This document shows positions 27,528 to 40,221 of a stretch of DNA of 64,000 nucleotides, one piece after another. This DNA is from Tubiluchus corallicola (lineage: Eukaryota; Animalia; Priapulida), in assembly GCA_030141605.1 (NCBI GenBank), contig JAQGDQ010000226.1, positions 62,001 through 126,000 of the forward strand. Direction: 5' to 3'. The notes under the pieces were generated by a model, which was not told the origin of the DNA, did not search any database, and saw nothing but the letters and a program-made list of their open reading frames with translations. Every line of letters starts with the position of its first letter. Position 1 is the first letter of the stretch. The position numbers and the translations under genes are program-made.

Positions 27528-27794
27528 CTGCAAATGTCAAAGTAGTAAGATCATTGACAAAAGAACAATGACGGCAGCAAACGCAACAACACACGATTAC
27601 GGATACGCCAGGTTTTAGTTGTAAGCAGTAATTAGGAGACCATAATGAATTAACATTTCGTTGGCATTAGTTATCCCAAGTTTTTGATATTTTGCCAAGT
27701 GAAAAATAAGTTCAATATTACATGGAAATTGTGGATAAAATTTGACATTTTATTACCGGTCGACAGATCACATATAAATAGATGTTATGGTTTA

Positions 27795-28322
27795 TTGATA
27801 AGGTTTCTACAATTGACTGAAGTTTCTGTAATAAATATTAAGTTCACATTATGGGCCAGCAAAACTTTTTCAACAATATAGTTAGACCAGACAGTACAGT
27901 GTCATAAGTAACAGTAATGTCTGCTTTCCAGTGATAAGGTTTCTTCAAATTGGCTGAAGCTTGTAATAAATATTAAGTTCACATTATGGGCCAGTAAACC
28001 TTTTCAACAATATAGTTAGACCAGACAGTAGAATCATAAGTAACAGTAATGTCAGCTTTCCAGTGATAAGGTTTCTACAATTGACTGAAGTTTCTGTAAT
28101 AAGTTCACATAATGTGCCAGCAAAACTTTTTCAACAATATAGTTAGATCAGACAGTAGAATCATAAGTAACAGTAATGTCTGCTTTCCAGTGATAAGGTT
28201 TCTACAATTGACTGAAGTTTCTGTAATAAATATTAAGTTCACATTATGGGCCAGCAAAACTTTTTCAACAATATAGTTAGACCAGACAGTAGAATCATAA
28301 GTAACAGTAATGTCTGCTTTCC
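27795..28322. repeat. About 130-bp tandem repeat, 4 copies
   Basis: gataaggtttctacaattgactgaagtttctgtaataa...agtaatgtctgctttcca recurs. Confidence 0.9.
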
Positions 28323-28422
28323 ATCTGGAAGGTTGTGGATTCATGGATTCATACCTAAAACTTTAAGAATGCTACCTGCAGTTGCCCTGCCTGGCACACG
28401 GTTTTTAGCATTAAAGAGGGGT
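28322..28422 (+). mobile_element. Remnant of a Meta-domain SINE (MetaSINE-like)
   Basis: tcatacctaaaactttaagaatgctacctgcagttgccctgcctggcac...agcattaaag resembles the Meta core as I recall it (gtcataccaaagactttaaaaatggtac..gctgc..ccctgcttggc). No search was run. Confidence 0.5.
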
Positions 28423-28464
28423 AATATTAATCTCTGTGTTATGTAGACCGACCTAGGTTGTTAT

Positions 28465-28720
28465 TTGTGCGCTTGCAAACCAAAACCGTCCATAAGTCGG
28501 CATAGTTAAAATGCACTATGATGCTTCAATGTAGAGTGCACTAAAAATTTGGTCAAATGTCAATTTTTTCTTTTTCATAAAACAAGCGCTAAGTATATTG
28601 GACTTTTATGTTCTAGCACCAAATTATCAAGAAAATGCTAAAAAATACTAAAAATTTAATTTTACAACCCGCACCCACTTTTCTAGCTAGAAACTAGCAA
28701 GGCAATTGTAAAAATTTTAT
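28465..28720. mobile_element. Truncated copy of the 1467-2127 TIR element
   Basis: gcttgcaaaccaaaaccgtccataagtcggcatagttaaaa plus the following AT-rich block. Confidence 0.7.
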
Positions 28721-30164
28721 TTGCAGGAAGTGAAAAGTTTATCATGCTTCGCAGTTGATATTTATGGTCGAAATGTGGTTAAAAATTTGATGCCTAGTAG
28801 AATACTAAGACGAATCCTTACATCGCAGCCATTAACCATTTTGGAAGAAAGGTAATGGAGTTTATCGCTTCGGCAAGCAAATTTTTGTCTGAATGTAACA
28901 GAGTTGTGCAGCATTTATAAGTTAGAAATTCGTTTGCTCGGATAAATTTTCAATGTTTCTGTTTAGCTTAAAACAACAAAAAAATGTGACAGAGTTATTT
29001 GATATTTGCTAGACGGGAATATAAGTATTGATCCAGGTAGCGAGACTAGTTTTACGAATAGAAATCCACTTCGTTAGGTATGTTAACGACAACGATAAAA
29101 ACCTTCGACGTTTATCGATTATCGGTACGTCGATACGTTATCATTACCATTAACATACTAACGAAGTGGATTTTTGTTCGTAAAAGTTTTGCTAGCCGGA
29201 TCGATACTTATGTTCGTGTATCGATACGAAAAATTAGTTTTTATCGTACCGATATTATTCCAGGAATGTCACTATCGTATCAATTTGACACGTATCACTC
29301 CTTATTGCTTACCTTTATAAAATTTCTTCACTTTTCTATTTATTTACAGTAATTATGCAAGGAAGTGGATAAAAAAGAATTATTTAAAATTATAAGCTTG
29401 TCAGACGCCGAATCATTTTCTTGTACTTTCACCTGGCAATAAGGGCTATCTTCATTCTGAATCATATTGACAAAGTACAGAGACCCCTTTATTCACTTTG
29501 ATACTGATGCGCAGATGACAAATACACTGTACGGCATTTTTAGTGTCACTTTCCTGGTCATGTGCAGCTCACATAGATAAATATTTTTATCCGAGTAATA
29601 TGTTTATAATGTATGTATGTTTAATAAAGGAGCTTATTTACTTATGAACCATTATGGTAAACAAACTTGTGTTTCATAACTAGCAGCCATTTAAGTATAC
29701 AGCACTGAATGGGCTGAAGTACTTCATAATTTCAATTATTAATGATACTTTTTTGTGTGGTGCATAAATTGTCAGTATCGCTTGTATCGTTTGAAATAAT
29801 TTATCGTATCGACTAAAAATAGTTTATCATTACCGTATCGTTGGAAAAAAGTATCGTATCAAATTTGTATCATTTAACACCTTTACACTAAGGTAATAAA
29901 CATCCTTTTCTTCATAAACGCCTCTCCATACTTGTCACTTGTGTTCGCTAACATGCAATCCTCGCTGATAACGTAATTTACAATCTGCGTGCGCTAATCT
30001 TAATTACGTTAATTAATAACCTCATTAATGGATACTTTATGTGGACTCCCTGAAGGCTTCTGTCTGCAACGGATACATAAAATAAATTTCACTTAATTAA
30101 GCCAAGTACCATGAAAGGTTAATGCAAATTTTCTGCTTAGGAAGTGAACTTTTGCGTTACTTAC

Positions 30165-30256
30165 ATTTTGCCCGTATCGGCCTTTCTACAGCCGTAGACT
30201 TCCCCAAAACCTCCTCGCCCGATTATCCGATGAACACTGAAGTCATTCATTGTTAA
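30165..30256 (-). CDS. GRK2: GRK2 exon [31 protein letters not shown] (Gly-rich loop)
   Basis: 92 nt, cag/gtaagt borders, GxGxxG motif. Confidence 0.97.
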
Positions 30257-30274
30257 CTGAAAAACCAAATAAAA

Positions 30275-30900
30275 AGTATTAAATGTATTGTGAAATGTAT
30301 TAGTAAATGTATTAATGTGTTATGAAATGTATTACTACGTGTCTTATGAAAATGTATTGTGAAATGTATTAAATGTGTTATGAAACGTATTACTAAATGT
30401 ATCGTGAAATGTATTAGTAAATGTATTAAATGTGTTACGAAATGTATTACTAAATGTATTAAATGTATTGTGAAATGTATTAGTAAATATATTAAATGTG
30501 TTATGAAATGTATTAGTAAATGTGTTATCAAACGTATTACAAAATGTATTATTAAATGTATTATGAAATGTATTAGTAATTGTATTAGTAAATGTATTAA
30601 ATGTGTTATAAAATGTACTACTAACTGTATTATGAAATGTATTACTAAATGTATTAAACGTATTATGAAATGTATTAGTAAATGTATTAAATGTGTTATG
30701 AAATGTATTACCAAATGCATTAAATGTATTGTAAAATGTATTACTAAATATATTAGATATGTTATGAAACGTATTACTAAACGTATTAAATGTATTATGA
30801 AATGTATCAAAGGCATTATGAAATGTATTAGTAAATGTGTAAAATTTAAGAAATGAAATGTATTACTAAACGTATAAAACATATTATTAAATGTATTAAT
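30275..30900. repeat. AT-rich 9-12-bp minisatellite (aaatgtatt[act/agt/atg])
   Basis: Direct tandem repetition. Confidence 0.9.
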
Positions 30901-31354
30901 TGGCACTATGTATTTTTATTGCATTACATGTCACATTTTTATATGCAATTAACGATCTGCACTGTGGGAAAACACACTAATGCTCTTCCCAGGCCATTGT
31001 TATCACACTGACAGCTAAGTTCTCAATTAATGGAAAAGCACGGTTTTGAAACTCGGTATTCCCGCGGGAGTCCTTTAATGACCGTCATCGTAAAGCAAGA
31101 AGAGGTTTTTAATGAGCATTAATGCTACGCAGTTTTCTCAAACAAAATCATTTAATGAGGTTCTCGTCGCGCGGGGAAACATCGAGGAAACTCAATGACA
31201 TTTACTGTCACAAGTGCAGGAGGCTGTCGGGTTTCTACAGGTAGGACAGGTTAATTATTCCTGGAGGCAGTTAGGAAAATGGTAGAACAGAAGACAACTG
31301 TCTGTCCTGCTTGCCAGATTTACACAGAATGGGAAGCGGATGACCGAAGGTGAC

Positions 31355-32170
31355 TTTAGTGCAGTGTGATTTGACCTTGAGTACACTGTACCTCTGATCT
31401 TGAGTGCAGTGCACTTTAACCTTGACTGCTGTGTGTTTTGACGTTAAGTGCAATGTGATTTGACCTTGAGTGCAGCGTGCGTTAGCCTTGAGTGCAATGC
31501 ACTTTGACCTTGAATACACTGTCCTCTGACCTTGACTGCAGTGTGCTTTGACCTTGAGTGCAGTGTGCTTTGAGCTTGAATGCAGTGTGCTTTAGCCTTC
31601 AGTGCAATGTGCCTTGACCTTGAGTACACTGTCCTCTGACCTTGGGTGCATTGTCCTCTGAATTTGAGTGCAGTGTGCTTTGATCTTGAGTACACTGTAC
31701 TCTGACCTTGAGTGCAGGGTGCTTTAGTCTTCAGTGCAATGTGCTTAGACCTTGAGTACGCTGTCTTCTGACCTTGAATGCAGTGTGCTTTAGCCTTCAG
31801 TGCAATGTGCCTTGACCTTGAGTATACTGTCCTCTGACCTTGAGTACACTGTCCTCTGACCTTGGGTGCAGTGTCCTCTGAATTTGAGTGCAGTGTGCTT
31901 TAATCTTGAGTACACTGTACTTTGACCTTGATTGCAGGGTGCTTTAGTCTTCAGTGCAACGTGCCTAGACCTTGAGTACGCTGTCTTCTGACCTTGAGTG
32001 CAGTGTGCTTTAGCCTTTCGTGCAAAGTGCCTAGACCTTGAGTACACTGTCCTCTGACCTTGAGTGCAGTGTCCTCTGACCCTGAGTACACTGCCCTCTG
32101 ACCTTGAGTGCAGTGTCCTCTGACCTTGAGTACACCGTCCTCTGACCTTGAGTACAGTGTCATCTGATCT
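31355..32170. repeat. 22-bp satellite (tgaccttgagtacactgtcctc / tgaccttgagtgcagtgtgctt) with higher-order variants
   Basis: Direct tandem repetition, roughly 35-37 units. Confidence 0.92.
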
Positions 32171-32959
32171 TCAAAACAATGTACATTGACGTTGCTGCAC
32201 CAAGCAATAATATAGGGTATAGGGTAAAACGTTTAAAAAACAATTGCAATTTAAACAAGGTACAAGAAGAGGTTTTTCTTGTCTATGTAAGCAATAAGCA
32301 TTCGATCCTGTAACTCAGCTCGATACAAGAACAATGCCAAGTGAAGACAGTCATGCCAGCTTTTGACAGACTAAGTAACTAAGCCGAATGAGCAACATTA
32401 AAGAGCAAAAAATGAAAGCACAGTAGCAAATGAGCACAAAAACCCAATAATAGTATAACCAAAAAATACAACGACACAAAATGCAAAAAAATGAATAAGT
32501 AGCTTCACACAAGAAGAATTAACGTCAAGCTAAGAAATGATGTTAATTACAAAAAAAAACAATATTTTGATTTTTCAAGTTGAGACCATCGGTTAGAAGA
32601 ATTAAGATGTTTAGAAGTGGCATACGGTCAATGTTGTTAAATAAGCTCTGACAGGTTGTAAACTAAGCACATTACGGGTGCAGGTAAAAACCTATTATGA
32701 CTCAGTCAGGTGTCAACACAGATTTGCCTTTGAATTAATATTGATGTGCAGTTCTAAAGAAAACCTGTCAGGAGTTTTGCTTCGTCAGTTGAGTAACCTG
32801 TATGACAGAAATACGCAATCAGCAACACAAACACTTCACTGCTACAGGAGAGCCTGGTATTGGTCATGTGGGAGGAAAATGAAACAACACTTAGTCAGGT
32901 CAGGAAAAGGATGGGTGACCACCTCTAAGCAGTTTCGTCAATCAGGCTGTTTAACTATT

Positions 32960-33330
32960 TTTTAATTTATTGACATTTATACATATATTAAGATAGTATA
33001 AATGAACGAAATGAACAAGCATAAGCACACTTATGCTGATCCTATAAAACAGAAACAAAATCTATACAAACGATGCATTAAAATCTAATACATCTCATTA
33101 AAAGGTTCCCTATAAATCTGTACAGGATTTTTTATACAATAATATGGCGTAGAGGCATGGCTTGGAGATGACCAATTAGGTCAATGATAATCTTACTTGT
33201 TTCAGATAAAGTTACAACAAGGCAGTAAATTAACGTTAGCTAATTTATTGTTAAAAACAGACAAACTAGCTGCAAGAACTACAGGAGAATCCGGAGCATT
33301 CCAAAAGTTTACAACTCTGTAACATAGAAC
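32960..33330 (-). mobile_element. 5'-truncated CR1/L2-clade LINE 3' end
   Basis: The minus frame reads YRVVNFWNAPDSPVVLAASLSVFNNKL, matching the ORF2 C-terminal RVVNxWNxLPxxVVxAxSLxxFKxxL motif. A 3' UTR with AATAAA follows near 32967. Confidence 0.6.
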
Positions 33331-33334
33331 TAAC

Positions 33335-35368
33335 AACGAACTGATTAAATTCAATGATCAACGAAGAACTGATTTAATTCAATGATCCACAACGAACTGA
33401 TTTAATTCAATGATCCACGAAGAACTGATTTAATTCAATGAGCCACGAAGAACTGATTTAATTCAATGATCCACGAAGAACTGATTTAATTCAATGATCA
33501 ACGAAGTACTGACTTAATGCAATGATCAACGAAGAACTGATTTAATTCAATGATCCACGAAGACCTGATTTAATTCAATGATCAACGAAGAACTGATTTA
33601 ATTCAATGATCAACGAAGAACTGATTTAATTCAATGATCCACGAAGAACTGATTTAATTCAATGATCCACGAAGAACTGATTTAATTCAATGATCCACGA
33701 AGAACTGACTTAATTCAATTATCCACAAAGAACTGACTTAATTCAATGATCCACAAAGAACTGACTTAATTCAATGATCCACAAAGAACTGACTTAATTC
33801 AATGATCCACGAAGAACTGATTTAATTCAATGATCCACAACGAACTGATTAAATTCAATGATCAACGAAGAACTGACTTAATGCAATGATCAACGAAGAA
33901 CTGACTTAGTTCAATGATCCACGAAGAACTGATTTAATTCAATGATCAACGAAGAACTGATTTAATTCAATGATCAACGAAGAACTGATTTAATTCAATG
34001 ATCAACGAAGAACTGATTTAATTCAATGATCCACGAAGAACTGATTTAATTCAATGATCCACGAAGAACGATAATTCAATGATCCACGAAGAACTGACTT
34101 AATTCAATGATCCACAAAGAACTGACTTAATTCAATGATCCACAAAGAACTGACTTAATTCAATGATCCACAAAGAACTGATTAAATTCAATGATCCACA
34201 AAGAACTGATTTAATTCAATGATCCACAAAGAACTGATTTAATTCAATGATCCACAAATAACTGATTTAATTCAATGATCAACGAAGAACTGATTTAATT
34301 CAATGATCAACGAAGAACTGATTTAATTCAATGATCCACGAAGAACTGATTTAATTCAATGATCCACGAAGAACTGATTTAATTCAATGATCCACGAAGA
34401 ACTGACTTAATTCAATGATCCACAAAGAACTGACTTAATTCAATGATCCACAAAGAACTGACTTAATTCAATGATCCACAAAGAACTGACTTAATTCAAT
34501 GATCCACAAAGAACTGATTTAATTCAATGATCCACAAAGAACTGACTTAATTCAATGATCCACAAAGAACTGACTTAATTCAATGATCCACAAAGAACTG
34601 ATTAAATTCAATGATCCACAAAGAACTGATTTAATTCAATGATCCACAAAGAACTGATTTAATTCAATGATCCACAAAGAACTGATTTAATTCAATGATC
34701 AACGAAGAACTGATTTAATTCAATGATCCACGAAGAACTGATTTAATTCAATGATCCACGAAGAACTGATTTAATTCAATGATCCACGAACTGACTTAAT
34801 TCATGATCCACAAAGACGACATTCAATGATCCACAGACGACTTAATTCAGTCCACAAAGAACTGACTTAATTCAATGATCCACAAAGAACTGATTAAATT
34901 CAATGATCCACAAAGAACTGATTTAATTCAATGATCCACAAAGAACTGATTTAATTCAATGATCCACGAAGAACTGATTTAATTCAATGATCAACGAAGA
35001 ACTGATTTAATTCAATGATCCACGAAGAACTGATTTAATTCAATGATCCACGAAGAACTGACTTAATTCAATGATCCACAAAGAACTGACTTAATTCAAT
35101 GATCCACAAAGAACTGACTTAATTCAATGATCCACAAAGAACTGACTTAATTCAATGATCCACGAAGAACTGACTTAATTCAATGATCCACGAAGAACTG
35201 ACTTAATTCAATGATCCACGAAGAACTGACTTAATTCAATGATCCACGAAGAACTGATTTAATTCAATGATCCATGAAGAACTGACTTAATTCAATGATC
35301 CACAAAGAACTGATTTAATTCAATGATCCACGAAGAACTGACTTAATTCAATGATCCACGAAGAACTG
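33335..35368. repeat. 28-bp satellite, about 72 copies
   Basis: Unit gaactga(t/c)ttaattcaatgatc(c/a)ac(g/a)aa. Confidence 0.97.
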
Positions 35369-37660
35369 GGGATGAAGATATCTTTCACTCTGTGATCTTT
35401 ATGCCAAAGATGTACTTAATTACATTTCATGAAAGATAAAAAATTGTATTGTGTCAATGCCAAGACGAATGGTAGGTCACTATCACCTGGCCTAAACATT
35501 GACGAAGTGGACTTATGTGAACTACTATGCAATTACAGATAAGTGTTCAATTCGCATGAAACCCACTTAGAAGCAAGATCGGTTTAACAACCCTTCCAAA
35601 TCGCCAATTTGCTTCATCCAGAATGTTCTCAGACTCAGTCAAGCATGCTGTCACGATGATTCTACCAGCAATTTCTGGAACTGCGCCAAAAGTGTGGCAA
35701 TTTATCCAATGTGCCACTGAGCAAGCAGCCAATCATGAAGCTGGCTTGAAGTAACAATAGAAGACAGAGAGAGAGAGTGTGTTTAAAATGAAAGGAATTT
35801 TGCACAATTTTGCTTATATCGTGCATTTATTCACGGTGTCGCGAAGTTCGTCTTAATTACTTCGCGTTTCATTAACTTGACTTGTGAATATTACATTGTG
35901 TCTTCTTGCTCATCTCTCTTTCATAATTTTTTCATCTCATTTCATCCTTTTTTAGGCTTGTTATAATATTGAAATAGCTTAAATTTCCCTCTAATCTTAC
36001 TGCACTTATTTGCTTCTGAATGACCTTTTACATTAATAGTGTTCTAGTTTTCTGTATTTAAGCTGTGCAAGACAGGTCTACCTTGAACATTTAGACCTGT
36101 GGGCTAGCCAGGCTAATTGTTCTGTGTTTTAGTATAGTGGTATTTTAGTATTGATAATAATTATGTTATTTGATTTTGTGATTGTACCTGCTGGTATTGA
36201 TGTTATAATATAATTCCCAGTGACTTGTTAATAATTGTATTTTTTGATTATTTGATTGAAAAAGCTAACAGGCTTAATAAATGTGGGCAAAGTTTAATTC
36301 AGTAACACCTCTACCAGCTATTTGCTTGCCCACACACACGGGGAGAAAGAAATCCGAAAAAAACCCCGTGTGTCATTTTTCTACAAATGGAGCAGCATTT
36401 GCTTGAAAGCACTTCAGACACGACACAATGAGATGGAAGGCTAGCGAGCCGACTATTGGGAAAATTGATAGAAACAGAAATAGGTGCATTTATGCCAAAA
36501 CCGAAGACCCTGATATGGTCACCTTAGTAGATGTTAGACAAATTTGAGAATGTAGGAAATCAAATTTCACTTAAAAATAGCAAACTAATTTGTCACTCTT
36601 CAGTACGTCTGCCGAAGTGGGAAAAATGTCAAACGAGACAGAAACAACTCAGTTTAATTATACACTCACATCACGCGTAACACGAGGTAAAGTTAAATAT
36701 AGACACAAGGCAATTAGTTTACAGGTAGTATGTAGGGCTTCAGTAAAAAAAAATTAAAACAAATTTCAACCGCAGTGGCTTCTTTCTAATTTAATTACGC
36801 TAATGTTTGCATTTAAATTGATTGCAAAATAAAGATTTGCAAAACCAAGTACAAGACACATCCAATATATATATATATATACATACATGTATGTTTGTTT
36901 CGTCACAATTCATTAATACATGTACACTTTTTAATACTAAGCAAATTTAGTAGATAAATTAAGAGTAATCATAATTTATGATCGGGTTAGCGGGAAAAAA
37001 TAATACTACTATTTACATATATACAATTTTTATACATTAGGCACACTAGGCCTACATACATGACCAAATCAGTAATAGTTTTACACTGTTGTAAGATATT
37101 TTTTTAATACAGCTAACTGGTTATTGTTAAGCTGAACGCCAAGAACTCCACCCATTGCTTACAGTAATTACATTAATCCATTAATAATATTAATTCCATT
37201 AATAATAAAATTTCCATTAATAATGGTTTCTCTGTGTGCACGATTAATATATCATTTTATAAAATCATTTAATTTTAATTCATGTGACAGTAAAGCAACA
37301 CTCTTACTAAACTCTAGTGAACCGCTTAAATATTATCCCCGTATATGCTTTCAAGATGTCTTCCTAAAGGATAGAAGACTTCCACAAGGACAGAGGACTT
37401 CCAAAAGGACAGAAGACTTCCAAGAGGAAGAGGACTTCCTAGAAGACAAAGGTCTTCCCATATGACTTTTTAGAGGACACAGTTTTTAAAATCTTCAGCA
37501 GAACTCGGCCGTTGTCGGCTATCTTGGAGACCATTCTGAACAAAACAAAACAGCAAGCTTGGCTGAACGTGTCTTGGTAAATTTCCAGGATGCATCCAAT
37601 TGCACGGAAAAAGAGGATAAATTATTGTTACACCTGATAAAAATGCAGTTTCTCACTCAC

Positions 37661-37712
37661 CTGAATGTTTAACTCCAGATTCTTCCATTGGCAAAACCTC
37701 ACATATTTTTCA
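37661..37712 (-). CDS. GRK2: GRK2 exon EKYVRFCQWKNLELNIQ (end of N-terminal RH segment)
   Basis: 52 nt, cag/gtgagt borders, conserved RFCQWKN. Confidence 0.95.
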
Positions 37713-37756
37713 CTGAAAGTAGAGTTAAAACTTATTATTACATAAGTTATGAATAG

Positions 37757-38159
37757 TACAGTCAACCTCGAATATAAGCTACTCGGATATAAGGGACTTT
37801 CGGTTATAAGGGACGATATCCTCAGGTCCCGTGTAATAGAAACACAGGTAAATTACCTTGCATATAAGGGACCCTATGATCAAAGAGAAATTGATAGATT
37901 TTTAACCTCAATTTTTCGTAAACCCGGCCCTCGAACAGCTCAGTTTCCGCATTCACATACATCTCACATTATTGAAGGAGGTTCCTATATACCGTTTGCA
38001 CTGAATATGTAGCAATAATCCATAAAAATATGGGTAAAAGTGCAGAAAAGTAGAGGTCTAGATACACCCTCGATCTGACTCAACTTCCATAAGGAACATT
38101 GGATATAAGGGACAGTTTTTCCGGTCTGGAGGTGTCCCTTATGTCCGAGGTTGACTGTG
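37757..38159. mobile_element. Tc1/mariner-like MITE, copy of 2481-2946
   Basis: tacagtcaacctcg ... cgaggttgactgtg; internal sequence colinear. Confidence 0.85.
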
Positions 38160-38562
38160 TTCAAATAAAGGCAGTCAAAGAAAAAATGGCAATCTTTCTT
38201 ATGCAATTGCTATGTTTCCTTGACCATTCGCTTACCTCATAGCTGTGCATGATTATGTTACACGAAAAAAATAAATTACTTTTCAATCAAATAAGAAAAT
38301 GATCAATAAAGTTGAATCAATAAAACAGAAGTTTGAAAATTTAAATAGAAAATTCTGTTTAAAGACAATCTGGTTGAAGATTATGCATTTGACTTCCCGC
38401 AGATGGCGCACTCATTGAGGCAGAGAAATTTTGTAATTTTCGCTACAATAATTCAATTTATTTCTTCAACTCACAAATACAGGATGTTTCAAAAGTCAGA
38501 ATGCACTCCATTTTTTACATTTTTTTAACATACAAAGCAAAATGGTTGAAAGTTCGTACATA

Positions 38563-39055
38563 CAGGGTTCCCACAGAATTTTAAAATAAATTTTCCAGAC
38601 TTTTCCCTGACCAAAAACTGATTTTCCATGACCAAGATAAGCAGAAATTGCATTACCAGTAAACACATTCAAACATTTTTGTGTAAAGACATTCATACAT
38701 ATACTGATATATGATGTGTTGGCACATTTGCAGTAGTGCTAACGAAATTTCACTAACCACATTAAATAAACTTTCTTAATCCAGTCATTATTTTTGGAAC
38801 AGAAATGGAAACTGGGAACCTGCCATAGCAAAATTTTATTTGAACACGAATCGCTGACAAATATGTTTGGAAAAATATCAGTTCGCGGTGATTATTTTTG
38901 CAACCCTTTCCAATTTCCCGCACTTTTCACCCCGTTTTCATCATTTTCCCCGACTTTTTACCAAATTATCTTTTTCCCTGACTTTTCCATGACTTTCCAG
39001 GATAGCCTGTATTTTCAAGGATTTCCCAGGATTTTCCCTGACTGTGGAAACCCTC
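38563..39055. mobile_element. hAT-like MITE
   Basis: TIR CAGGGTTCCCACAG / CTGTGGAAACCCT with internal ttttccctgac repeats. Confidence 0.7.
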
Positions 39056-39253
39056 TGAACTAAAACTTTCGGAAATTCTTTTTGACAAATTAAATGATAA
39101 TCGGAGAAGAATTACTGCACTATTAGGCTTGTATCTTGCTGTTGGCTCATAAAAAATCACCGTGAGCCAAATCGCGGTGTTCCACTCCAGTGGCAACCAA
39201 TCCACCGGGATGATGCGAGATGGATGGCGTAATAATGGTGATCTAGTTAAAGC

Positions 39254-39896
39254 TTAAAGGACAAGAAAAGGACAGCAGGATGCGCCACTTAACAGCATTT
39301 TGATGCGTATATCGTACCCGCATACAAAGGAATTTTTGTTCGTTTTCATTTTAGATCTCCCGCAATGCTGTTCCGACGGCGCCATTACATTACATCACCT
39401 ACGCCACGTAAATCAGGGGAAGAAAAGGTAATGTTAAATTATGTCCCAAAAAACTTTCCGTGCAAATCTATATTGCTTAGCATTTCGCTTACCTGCTGGA
39501 AAGACTTATGTAACTAGACTAATAATTTAAAATGTTTCCACCAATTGGTAAAATGTCGCTGACTCACCCTTCAGGATGTGCCACTTACTAACCAAAAACG
39601 TATTTTTAATCTTATTGACAAGATACAGTAATTTAAAATTTTACTTAGTTAGTGGAGTGAGCACTACGAATGCTCTGATTATTTTTTCAAACTTTACGCC
39701 GTGTTATTTAAACTTGTTTCAAATGACCTACCATCAAAATGGCCTAACGGTCGTCGCGGGAGCTCAAATTTACAAGTTTCATACAGCGTTACTGCCGACA
39801 CAAGCCCTGCTGGCAAAAAAGTAGTACGCAAGTGGTATAAAATTTCGAGATGATTTTTTAAGCTTTATGTAAGTGGAAGGTTTTCTTGTGCTTTAA
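39254..39896. mobile_element. Kolobok-like MITE, full length
   Basis: TTAA-AGGACAAGAAAA ... TTTTCTTGTGCT-TTAA. Confidence 0.8.
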
Positions 39897-40084
39897 TTAT
39901 CAAAACACTGCTTTTGACTCGTGCCAAATCTTGTCAAGATTGAAAAACGTTTTGAAAAGAAAAACAAATTCAATGTGTAAAGTGACTTTTGAGTCACCCT
40001 ATATGTCTGATATGTCGTACATCAGGAACGCTGTAGAATAATGTCACACAAAAATGCATTAGTAAAGTAAATAAAACATTTTAC

Positions 40085-40146
40085 CTTTCCAAAAACTTCT
40101 GGAAGATTTGCCCTCTCAAAGACGACTTTATCTCTTCACAATATGG
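40085..40146 (-). CDS. GRK2: GRK2 exon PYCEEIKSSLRGQIFQKFLE(S)
   Basis: 62 nt, tag/gtaa borders. Homologous to [21 protein letters not shown]. Confidence 0.93.
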
Positions 40147-40221
40147 CTAGAAAAAAACAACAAATCTTTACCAAACGTATGTTGACACGGAAACAAAAAA
40201 ACTGCTTCTTATAGAAGCCAT

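Noticed and set aside
30253-30906. His/Ile-rich and Cys/Lys-rich ORFs
   Set aside because: AT-rich minisatellite artefacts.
34785-34860. Cluster of small deletions in satellite units (also near 17990-18110)
   Set aside because: Pattern is typical of unpolished long-read consensus error, so it is not interpreted biologically.
33335-35368. CRISPR-like regular 28-bp repeats
   Set aside because: Head-to-tail units with no unique spacers, no cas genes and a eukaryotic intron context.
35540-35760. GC-balanced segment with an acceptor-like tract on the minus strand
   Set aside because: No recognisable homology and no splice combination that convincingly preserves the GRK2 frame.
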